A stretch of DNA of 64,000 bases from the NCBI GenBank assembly GCA_964016885.1, contig OZ024740.1, forward strand, positions 306,094,001 through 306,158,000, read 5' to 3'. The notes under the pieces are model-generated. The model searched no databases and was not told the origin of the DNA. It was given only the letters and a program-made list of their open reading frames with translations. This stretch comes from Eledone cirrhosa. Lineage: Eukaryota. The translations under genes and the position numbers were made by a program. This document shows, in pieces, positions 1-11,973 of the stretch. The stretch's first letter is position 1, and the number at the start of each line of letters is the position of its first letter.

Positions 1-1134
1 GATGAACGCTAAAACTCCTCAATACACTTCTAGCCGAAGACATTGATTACTTTTGACGAAACATAGATGCCATGAATTTTAGGAGAGGAGAGAATTGGTA
101 AGTTGTGGTTTTAATCTGTTTCTAAAGATATTAACGTTGTGTAGTGAAATGGCTTCAACTAGGAATCAAAGTTGTGTCATGATCCCTGCTTACTGAAACC
201 TCATGCCTTGCTGTATGGCACTCCTGAATCATATCATATCACTAACGACGTGCTATATAGCTCTATAGTTGTCAGCAGCGACAGCATTGTGAAATTGACG
301 AGTGTTTCGTAATATTTGGTCATGATAGAATCAGTAATAATATAGCCCAACTTTCTCTAAAGTTGAATTGGAAATCAAATAACTAATTCATTTCTTACTT
401 GTGTTAATTATTCTTGCCACGGTCGCCGTCGAGACATCAGCCGAGCTCCTCCGTAAAATCGGAACGTCAGCATCCTGTCTGAGGAAGGAGCCCCGCGAGG
501 TGAGGTGGCTGTTGCAGCGTGTGTCGCTGGACATTGTCGGCAGAAATCCTTTTGCAGTTTTGTCTGCCCCGACCTAGGTGTAGAGTCTGTCACCCCTCTC
601 TTTCATCCTTGCCTAATAGTCCTTTCCCTTTCCCTATAGTCCTTTCCTTTACTTTCCAATAGAGCCAGATCTGTCCTTCTTTACCCCTTCCCACCGTTTT
701 TCATTACTTAATTTTGTTTTTATCCTTTTTTAATATTTTAATGTTTAACTTTTGTTTAACTTATGTATAACTTTTGTTTATTCAACTTCACAGAAGAAAA
801 ATATTAGATGACACTCATGCCTTTCTAAATTAGCCATATACCATTTATCATTGGGCATAATAAAATTATTATTACAGTGGGGTAAATGATAGTGAATGCA
901 CCCGACCAGCTTGATGGATGGAAATATCAGTTTATTCCACTGGGTTTATACATAAATAAAAAAATAAAAAAATGACTTAAATTTACTAATAATATAAAGA
1001 CAGTTGTCCATGAGCTTTACCGGTGACACATTTAAGATCGACTGTCCTTGAAACCTTCTATATGCCTATCACTTAGCTATCGTAGCCGAAGCTTTTCGGA
1101 GAAATAGATTAAACATTCTAAACTTAGCAAAGAC

Positions 1135-1866
1135 TTGCACTTGATAGGTTTGATACCGGGTGCTACATGACTGGATTGAAAATCAGTGCTGCAAAAACTG
1201 AGACACTCGTCCTCTGAAGGAAGCCTGCACAGAGCACTCTACATGTAAATGGAGTTTCACTGAAGTAAGTGGAGACTTTCAAGTAATTTGGGGCCGTGTG
1301 ATGGAAGGTAGGAGGCTGAATTAAGTGCAAGAATTGCCGGAGCTGGTGCAGTAATGCGCCAGCTTCAGCATTCGGTAATCAGAAGAAGGGAGGTAGGTGT
1401 AAAAGCCAAACTCACTATTTTCAATGCGGTATTCGCGCCACCCTTACCAATGGTCATGAATCTTGGGTAATAACGGAAAGAATACGATCGCGAATACAAG
1501 CGTCCGAAATGGGATTCTCTCGAGGAGTCTCTGGAATAATGTTACTCGATAGAATGCGTAGCTCTGAGGTCAGAGTCACTCCAGGTAGAACCGCCACTTC
1601 TCCGAATTAATAGATCACAGCTCCGATACTATGGGCATGTGATTAGAATGTCTCAGGAAAGAATCGCTGGACATATTTTACGGTCAAAACCAACCAACAG
1701 TAGACCCAGGGGTATACTCCGAGCAAGATGGTTGGATAACATCCATGACCTTGGTTGGTCTCGTTTCGGGATCCGTTGGAGACGGTTGCTTATGACAGGA
1801 CCCGCTGGAAGGAGTGTTTGAAGACTCAGATTCCACGGCCTTCTCGTGAATAAGTGGCCGAAGAAG
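1135..1866 (+). mobile_element. 5'-truncated RTE-clade LINE (family A), degenerate
   Basis: Remnants GLKISAAKTE, QLRYYGHVIRMSQER and RPRG..RWLD; (GAA)n tail; 14-bp TSD AACTTAGCAAAGAC at 1121-1134 and 1867-1880. Shorter 3' pieces at ~14893-15175(+), 29690-29882(-), 38425-38880(+), 43643-43845(+), 46055-46250(+) and 55810-55885(+). Confidence 0.85.
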
Positions 1867-2265
1867 AACTTAGCAAAGACAAACGCTTTAGTTAGCAGGA
1901 ACAAAGATAACGCTCTACCACCCTCTGGTAAATGGCCGTGTTCAATAGGCAAGAAAAGAAAGGTGGGAATGCCATACTTTGTACCAAATGTAAACTATGG
2001 GTGCATGAGGATACCTTAGGATTAAAGTCAGTTGGCAGAGCACTTCGTTTGAAACATGCGCAGGAGTATTTAGCAGTTAGAACACTAAAATATATTCTCC
2101 TTAGAATTTGTTGTTAGCTGGCCTAATTAGTGGTAGAACGGGGTTTTACAAAATCGTGGTAAGAAGAATAAGAAAAGGTGGAAAGAGAATCGTAAAGGTA
2201 GTTATCTTCTGATGAGAAGCCAAAAATGTCTAAAATGTCTAAAGGTAATATTTCAGTAAACAGAT

Positions 2266-2830
2266 GAAATAGTTGTTTCTACTTTTAGCACAAGGCTAGC
2301 AATTACCCAGTGTATTACTGGTACTTTATTTTATCTACCCCGTAAGGATGAAAGACAAAGTTAACCTCGGCGGGATTTGAACTTAGAATGGCAAGGGCCG
2401 TAACTCTACGCGTCAAAGCATTGCGTCCGACCCTCAACAGATGAAATAATTGTTTCTGATTTTAGGTCCAAGACCAACAATTTTGAGGGGAGGGGGAAAT
2501 CGATTAAATAGAACCCAGTGCATTACTGGTGCTTATTTTATCGACCCCGAAGGATGAAAGGCAGAGCTAACCTCGGCGGGATTTGAACTCAGAGGGCTGC
2601 AACTCTATGCTGCAAAGCATGTTGTTCAACGCTCTACATATGATGAAATAATTGTTTCTACTTTTAGCACAAGGTCAGTAATTATCCCAGTATATTACTG
2701 GTACTTTATTTTATCGACCCCATAAGGATGAAAGGCAAAGTTAACCTCGGCGGGATTTGAACTCAGATCATAAAGGGCCGTAACTCTTTGCTACAAAGCA
2801 TGGCGTCCGACTCTCTACCGATACCGCCAG
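2266..2830 (-). mobile_element. Three head-to-tail tRNA-derived SINEs with a Meta-domain-like core
   Basis: B-box GAGTTCAAATCC and core GCCTTTCATCCTTACGGGGTCGATAAAATAAAGTACCAG repeated three times. Confidence 0.8.
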
Positions 2831-4107
2831 AAATAACGGAAAGCGTTTACACCTCATAGCAAAGGCTTCTAATTCAAAATTGTAGATATATCTACATTAA
2901 GTTTAATATACTGTATTTTAACATATATATGTATATATAATGGAATTATTAATTATCCCTCTGTCATTTCGTGTAGGTCGGACCAACTCCTTGATCACAT
3001 CATAGGAAGGAAAGTAACCCCGATATTATTAGGGTTATTTCCCTTGTTTACTACATAATTCTTTAGTGTTATATATATAAATTAATTATTTCAGGAATGC
3101 TACTTAAAATAAAATTTCGCCAGATAGATAAGTAGAATTTAATAAGCGAGTGTGGGGCGACGATTATTCAAGACTCGAGAGTATCTAGTTACTTTCTCAA
3201 CTTGCCACTATGCAGCATTTCTCATAATTTACTGTAACTATGAATACGATTATTAGCAAAATGATACCTCTATTATTATTATTATACCTATATCACTATG
3301 ATCATACTAATACCAACTGACCACGCCACTATCATTACAACATATATCAATATCCCAGTATGTTTTTGACTATAGAAATACCATGATACACTTTATTCAC
3401 ACTATGGGGTCCTTTCTGAGGCAACGTTTTATAGATGGATGCCCTTCCTGGTGTCAAGCCTTATGGAATATCTTAACCCAGATATACACAACAGTAATAG
3501 ATATTTCAAAAATGTTGTTTGATTGAAGAGATTCCAATAGAAAGGAAAGGAGCCAAATTGATTGTTTGAATATATTCCTGAGAAAATGACTCAAATCCTA
3601 ATTTTAAAATATCTTCATGTAAAAGTAACTAAGTCAAATTCATTGTTTTCCGTCTACACCCATACTAGCGTGGAAGATAGATTTTAAATGATGATGATGA
3701 TATGCGAAGGTATGACGCATCCAACTGGCCAGACTAGCTTCATAAAAAGGGACCACCCAGTTCCACACTGTAAACGTGATTGATGTTAGGAAAGGTATCC
3801 ATCTGTAAAAAACCCAGACAAAATACAATTCTGTTTGAGCAAGGTATGGCAAGGCCAACTGGCCAGACTTGTCTCATAATGCATCTAACCCATGCAAGAA
3901 TGGAAATATAGACATTAAAGAATGATGATGATGATGAAATATACTGATATCATTTGTAAAAGAAGAAAAGTATTCAGATGTTTGAAAAAAATTTCATTGC
4001 AATTCTATTTGAAATTCATAATTTTATTACAAAATTTGTAAATATTTTATTATCGGTTCAACAAATAAAAGAAAAAGTTTTTTGCCGGAATGGGTATTTA
4101 AATTACA

Positions 4108-4194
4108 TCAAATGTCAATTATCACAAATATATCATTATTTTCATTATCATGAACTTGCATGTTGGAATATGTGATAGCTTTTACTTCAGATCC
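4108..4194 (-). CDS. ZBTB8OS: Archease exon 9, terminal (GSEVKAITYSNMQVHDNENNDIFVIIDI*)
   Basis: Long polypyrimidine tract and ttacag acceptor, TGA stop; AATAAA hexamers about 60 and 80 nt downstream on the minus strand. Confidence 0.96.
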   Translation of the reverse strand, partial: GSEVKAITYSNMQVHDNENNDIFVIIDI

Positions 4195-7100
4195 CTGTAA
4201 AAGTAGAGAGAGAAAAACAGCACATTATCAGAGTCATAAATAACAAAAACTTATATTATTAGGAATAAAATTAGGGTGGTGAATTGGCAGAATTGCTACT
4301 GAATCTACTTACGATCATTAACGTTCTAAGTTCAAATCCTATCGAGATTAGCTTTGCCTTTTGTCCTTATATGTTCGATAAAATAAAGTACCAGTAACAC
4401 ACTGTGGTTGATTTAATCAACTTTCCCTACCCCCAAAATTGTTTGCCTTGTACCTAAATCAGAAACCATTATTAGTAATAATGTGGTGGATTGGCAGTAT
4501 CAGTAGAGCATTGGACACCATGCTTCGCAGTATAGAGTTTCTCTGCTAGTAAGGGTTGGATCAGTTATCATAGACCAAGGAAGTAGTCAAATGAACCTAG
4601 TGGCCTCTCATATGAGCTGGAGCCCATTGTGCCAATATATATTTCTGTACTCTACCAAGTGCATTTTATGATGGCACCTGCAATAGGGAGGCTGTCATGT
4701 CTTTGACACAGCTGAAGAGTCATCCCAACCTTTTGTTTGGCATATTTACTACAGATGGATGCCCTAAACAAAATTTATGCTGTTTGATTAGCTTGATATT
4801 CATTATATTATATTCAACAGTAATCTTAACACTTACAATAATTGGGTCAAAGTGATTAACAAAGAAACTTCTACTTTTATCTGCCTTACATTTGATATCA
4901 TCCAGCTCCATCTACCAATTAAACTACCACCCAACACATCACTTGTTCACACAACATACTTCTGCTCAAGCCAACATTATATGTCCAGACCACCATAACC
5001 TACCATTTAATACTACCACAAGCCAGACCACCATCAACTATGGCTTACCACTATTGTAGCTACAATACTATGGCCTACCACTGTTGTAGCTACAATACTA
5101 TGGCCTACCACTGTTGTAGCTACAATACTATGGCCTACCACTATTGTAGCTACAATACTATGGCCTACCACTGTTGTAGCTACAATACTATGGTCTACCA
5201 CTGTTGTAGCTACAATACTATGGCCTACCACTATTGTAGCTACAATACTATGGCCTACCACTGTTGTAGCTACAATACTATGGCCTACCACTGTTGTAGC
5301 TACAATACTATGGCCTACCACTGTTGTAGCTACAATACTATGGCCTACCACTGTTGTAGCTACAATACTATGGCCTACCACTGTTGTAGCTACAATACTA
5401 TGGCCTATCACTATTGTAGCTACAATACTATGGCCTACCACTGTTGTAGCTACAATACTATGGCCTACCACTGTTGTAGCTACAATACTATGGCCTACCA
5501 CTGGTGTAGCTACAATACTATGGCCTACCACTGTTGTAGCTACAATACTATGGCCTATCTCTATTGTAGCTACAATACTATGGCCTATCACTATTGTAGC
5601 TACAATACTATGGCCTACCACTGTTGTAGCTACAATACTATGGCCTACCACTGTTGTAGCTACAATACTATGGCCTACCACTGTTGTAGCTACAATACTA
5701 TGGCCTACCACTGTTGTAGCTACAATACTATGGCCTATCACTATTGTAGCTACAATACTATGGCCTACCACTGTTGTAGCTACCATACTATGGCCTACCA
5801 CTGTTGTAGCTACCATACTAAGGCCTACCACTATTGTAGCTACAATACTATGGCCTACCACTGTTGTAGCTACCATACTATGGCCTACCACTGTTGTAGC
5901 TACAATACTATGGCCTACCACTGTTGTAGCTACAATACTATGGCCTACCACTATTGTAGCTACCATCCAGTGTCATCACCTGTCCATACCACCATCGCCT
6001 ACTATCCATTATCCCCATATATCCATGCTACCTTTAATTACTACAAGTCAGTCTATTACCCACTACCTTCAGATGTCCATATTACCTTTCTCCACCACTA
6101 CTCTAACTACTATACACAAATCTCCATGCCTTTATGTATGTCTACTATAGCAAGCCATTGAGGGAGCCTTTATTCAGTCACTCAACTTAGTAAGAAATAG
6201 TAACCAAATCTCCCTCCTTTCATACTGTACCATATTAAATTATGCAGGACACACCAAATAATGAAGTCCTGAAAAAAAGACAAGATGGCATAGTTGAAAT
6301 ACCTTTGGCTGTACGTATTAAACCTAGGAACTGACTAGGAGTAAACAACAACCTCTGCTATAGGGAGCCACTACATATTGCACTACCTGCAAGAAATAAG
6401 AGACAAATCTTCTTCAAACTCCGTGTTACTCTTTTACAAGTCTACTTGATCAGAATTTACACTACTGAGGTTAAACAACAACTAAATAGCTCTCAACAAT
6501 ACTAAATTCACCAAAATAAACAGACCCTTAAAAATGCTTGTTTTACACTGAACAAAATAACTTTGTTGCCCTTTTTTTAAAAACTTTATCACCTACCTGA
6601 GGGTGCTTGTCAAGATCAAATTCTTCACCATACCTGCAATAATATAAACAGTAATATGAAGAAACGAGTTTCATATCATTGGAAATACATTTACTACATT
6701 AAATTGAGGGATGCTATTCAACCCAAGCCAGCATGTACTGAAGGGTCCTCCTAACCCCTTGTTTGGCAAACTTTTAACAGCTGGATGCCCTTCCTAACAC
6801 CAACCACTTTACAGTGTGCAGGGAAGAAGGGAATGAGGAAGGAAGGGGGAGGGATCGCAGGAGGGAGGGTGGGGAAAGAGGAGAGAGGGAGCCTAGTCAT
6901 ACAATCTACTCTCATGCCATCAAAACAACCTACTTTGATATCAATAACAAATACCTTCAGCTAACTTAGAGTACTTCATATGTCCATCTAGAGAACTGAT
7001 AGTTACAGAGAACTTTATATCTCCATCTAGAGAAGATAAAAAATCAATTTTATAGTTTCTTCCACAGAAGGTTAAAGAAGAATGTTGAAAAGATTCTTTC

Positions 7101-9126
7101 AATACTGAACTGTGAAAAGTTAACTCACCCTTCTGCATGTATGGAGAAGTTTTCCAAATCAAACTCTAATATTTTCACTTTCTGTAAAGAGATTAAAAGT
7201 TGAAAATAAAACAATTAGTATTCAGATAATATTTAAAGGTCTTAGTAGTTGAAGAATGGGTTAGGTGTTACTGAAGTGGTTAAACAATAAAAAAAAAAAA
7301 ACAAGAACAGCTATAGAGAGAAAATACTTTAAAACTACTTTTGTCCCAACTCTATTAACTAAATACATACATTCTTCTACAACTTCTTTCTAAAGAAAGT
7401 TGACTTAGCTTGTAAACTCTGTCCAACGATTCTTTCCTTAGACATTCTAACTACATGTCCATAGTACTGGAGCTGTGTTCTCTCAATGCAGAGAAGTAGC
7501 AGCTCTAACTGTAGTAATATAACTAACTTCCTTATTAACCTTTTAGCATTTAAATCGGCCGTGTCCGGCCATAATTCTCTGTTGAAACTGGCCGCTTATA
7601 CTGATCTTAAGGTATTGTTCTCAAAATAAATAACATCAAAATCTCATAGATTTGATATTTTGTGAAATCATTATGTGAGGTAAAGCTTTTACCATGAAAC
7701 TATGATAGTATATATAGAGTAATGTAAATGCTAAAGGGTTAAACTGATGTTTGGAACATAATTAAACAAAGGATCTTACATAAAATTATGATGGAAGGTT
7801 TTTAGATGAATATAAACACTTCAAAGCAAACAGCATTGTGTCATAGAACCTGAACTGGAGACAGGTGGTTTGATATCAAAAGGGTTAATACACAGAGACT
7901 GATATAGCCTAACATTACACATCCAATGGATCACTGTTACTTTGTTACTCTCCAGCTTCTACTGATCTTGAATATTTAATAAGTGTTTCTCACTAATACG
8001 AAGCATCGTAATTCATATACATGCTTCATACAATCTGACTTTTGCATAAAGAGAGAAACCTTAACATCTTCCAACTATAATTAGATCACATAGGTAACAG
8101 ACTGCGACATCTAGCAAGCAATCTCGGTAGCTCTGGGACTTCCATTTCAAGAGTGTTCCTACTGCTAATTATTTTAAAAATTTTATAGCCTCCTCAACTT
8201 AACATATATATATATATATATATTAGGTATAGGATTATCCTAGATGTAGTAATGGTTAATTACTACACTGGATATGGTTGACGTACGGTGAGAGGTTACT
8301 CTACGAGTTATGGAAGAATTGTTGAAGAAACTTAGTTCCTGATCCTTCTGTATTCCGGAGTGTATATAAAGAATGAATAATAACAGGTAGACATCATAAA
8401 AAGGTAATTTATTCCGTGTGCTTACAAATGTTTCCACGGTGGTACTACAGCCTAGTTATGCTATGTGCAAATTTACAAGAATTTGCAGAACTCAAATATC
8501 CAATGCTGTGACCACTGTATCCTCAGAGCAGAATGGTTAAAATGTACAATGTAAATACCCTTAAGTGGGGTTGTTGGGGAAGATAGAGTAGAAAAGGAAG
8601 AGAGAAAAGTAGGGGAGAGGGAGAGAGACAGAAAGATATGCAGGGGTTGGAGAAATAGGAGAGAGTGGTTTGTAGATATCTTAATCAAAATGTTATGGTA
8701 GGGGTTTTATTATACTGGTTACTTTTGGAGAGATGCGTTGATAGTTAAGGTCGGAATTATTTATTGCCCCAGAGGGCAGGTTCATAGATGGGAGGAGGGA
8801 GGTAGGCCAAAGGCGAGAGAGAGAGAGTGTAATGAATATAGAGAGAGAGAGAGATAGAGAGGGGACAGACGAAGTCTATGTGGTGAGTGAACTTTGGGTT
8901 CGTAGTAGTAATCTGCGAATTGCACTGAGTTACCATTTATAGTGATAAGCAGTGTATTGTCTTGTAGTGTGGGGGAAGAGAAGGTGGTTAGCTAGAAAGC
9001 GATGTTATAGTTACGGGTTCGAATGTTAAGTTATTTTATAGTGAGAGAATTTAGCTTTTAATGGAAACATTTGTAAGCACACGGAATAAATTACCTTTTT
9101 ATAATGTCTACCTGTTATTATTCATT

Positions 9127-9176
<50 letters not shown>

Positions 9177-9460
9177 TCACCGTTTAACGTCCATTTTTCC
9201 ATGCTAGCATAGGTTAGATGGGTTGTCCCATTTGAGGAAAGGTGAGTCCGCTGACCGTGTCTTGCTCACACAGAACTGTTTCTGGTTTGGTGTCTACGGC
9301 TGGAGGCCCTTCCTAATACCAACCACATCTACAGTGTGTACTGGGTGCTTTTTGTTGTGACACCTAAACAACCACTTTACAGTGTGGGCTGGAGGCTTCA
9401 CTAGATGTATGCTACAACCTGTCTTCATGAGAGATGTATAGAAGGGTGGGGTGGTGCATG

Positions 9461-9507
<47 letters not shown>

Positions 9508-11884
9508 CTTCAGCTTCAACCTGTGCTCATGAGAAGGCAGCTTTTCTGTATTACTGCATAACACCAGAGATCCCAGTCCTGTATCATTGTCTTTGAGAGG
9601 GGCTGTTGAGCGAGGTTAGCTTTTATCACCTCATCCCAAGTCTTGCACACATACATATATATATGTAATCATGTTTGTATGTGTGTATAAATATGTATAT
9701 ATACATACATATATATGTATATATTTATATCATCATCATCATCATCATCGTTTAACGTTCATTTTCCACTCTAGCATGGGTTTGGACGGGAATTTTCCCA
9801 CTTGAGGCAAGAGTGATTGTCTTGCTCATATAGGACTGTCTGGCGGGTTTTCTACAGTTGGATGCCCTTCCTAACACCAACCACATTTACAGTGTGGGAC
9901 TGGGAGGTTTTTACCGTGTTACCTACACGGCCACATTACAGCGTGGACTGTGTGTTTTTTTTGTCGTGACACCTACATAACCTCATTTGTTTCGGACTGG
10001 ATGTTGTGGTACCAACATAACTTTACATCGAAAGAGGTGGTGTGGATGGGGTGGGGGTAGTGGGACGGGGGTGTATTTTTGTTAAGAGGTGCCTACTGAC
10101 TGTAGGTTTCGCTTTGTACTTAGGCAAGGCGGGTCTTCTGTATTACTGCGTAGTGCCAAAGATCTCGGTCCAGTGACATTGTCTTTGAGAGGTGTAAGTG
10201 TGTGAGGTCGGAATTTATCAAGTCGTCCCAGGTTTTTCTGGGTCTGCCTACTCCGTGGCTACCGTCTATTTTTATCGCCCTGCACTTTTTTATACAGCTG
10301 TCGTCTTTCATGTGCATCACGTGACCATACCAACGTAGTCTTCTCTCGAGTAAACACCATCTGATCCCTCTTATTCCTAATTTCTCACTTAGTTCATTTA
10401 TGCTTTGCCGTTCACGTATATTACTATTACACATCCAACAGAGCATGCAAGCTTCGTTCCTCTCCAGTCTGCGTATATCTTCTGCACACAATGCCCAAGT
10501 CTCACTGCCATGTAACATTGCTGTTCGTATGCAGGCATCATACAGACTGCCTTTCATTTTTAGAGAGAAACCTTTAGAGGCCAATAGTAGTATAAGCTCT
10601 CTGAACTTTTTCCATCCCGTTCTGACTCTAGCTACTGTACTTTCAGAGCACCTTCCACATACTGATTTTGTCACCCAGGTAACGGAAGGTGTCCACTATT
10701 TCTATAGAACCATCTGTGCAATGGAATGAGCTAGTATTCCGTGGGCACTTGCTGCTACTTAGTGCACCTGAGCACTGGCCACATATAAAATCTATATTCT
10801 TAGTTAGCTTACCTGTGATCCCACTACATCTTTTATGCACCCATACTTTGCATTTGGGACATAAAATGGAGTTTCTGCCTACTCCTTTCCTACACACTGA
10901 GCATGGCCATTTCGCAGATGGGACCAGTGCCCTATTTTCCTTCCTACATACTAGAACTTTAGTCTTAGACAGGTTAATTTAAGGCCTTTTGATTCTAGGC
11001 CATGCTTCCATGTTTGGAATTTCTTCTCTAGTTCAACCATTGATTCAGCTATGAGCGTTAGATCATCTGTGTATAGAAGTTCCCATGGGCAGCCGGTCTT
11101 GAACTCCTCTGTTATAGCCTGAAGGGCAATAATAAATAGGAGGGGGCTAAGGACGGAGCCCTGATGAACACCAACTTTTACGCTAAACTCTTCACTATAT
11201 TCGTTGTTAATTCTAACCTTGCTGACTGTTTCTTTATACATGGCTTGTATAGCTCTCACAAACCATTCATCAACACCTAGTTTTCTGAGAGCCCACCAAA
11301 TAATGGGGCGTGGGACTCTGTCAAAGGCTTTCTCCAAGTCAACAAAAGCTAAGTATAGGGGTTTACTTTTAGCTAGGTACTTCTCCTGTAGTTGTCGTAC
11401 AATGAAAAGAGCATCTGTGGCACTTTTACCTGACACAAACCCGAACTGCATTTCATCTAGATCAATTCGTTCTCTGATTAGTTGTGCTATTACTTTTTCT
11501 GTGACCTTCATGACCTGGTCAATTAATTTAATATATATACATTATATATATATATATACACACACACACATATCATCATCATCATCATCATCACCGTTTA
11601 ACGTCCGTTCTTCCATGCTAGCATGGGTTAGACGGGTTGTCTTGTTGTGGGCAGTGTCTGGTCGGCTGACCATGCCTTGCTCATACAGGAACTGATTTGG
11701 CTTAATTTCTACAGCTGGATGCCCTTTCTAACACCAACCTCATTTACAGTGGGTGCTGGGAGCTTTTTTTCCGTGGCGCCTACACGTCCACTTTAGTGTG
11801 GGCTGGGTGCTTTTTTGCCGTGGTACCTCCACAACCACTTTGCAGTGGGAGGGTGTGGGGGCATATTGTCTATATGCTTCAGCT

Positions 11885-11973
<89 letters not shown>

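Noticed and set aside
386-593. Alternative last exon of archease, and the 61-aa ORF in the track
   Set aside because: Archease already ends correctly at VIIDI* (4108); no homology and a weak acceptor.
5036-5965. CRISPR-like array or a real 310/373-aa CDS
   Set aside because: Contiguous units with no unique spacers, eukaryotic intron context and no cas genes. The ORFs follow from a stop-free 30-nt unit.
10400-11695. Plus-strand ORFs (also 24759-25700, and minus-strand 31812-32414 and 37658-38209)
   Set aside because: Antisense shadows of RTE coding fragments.
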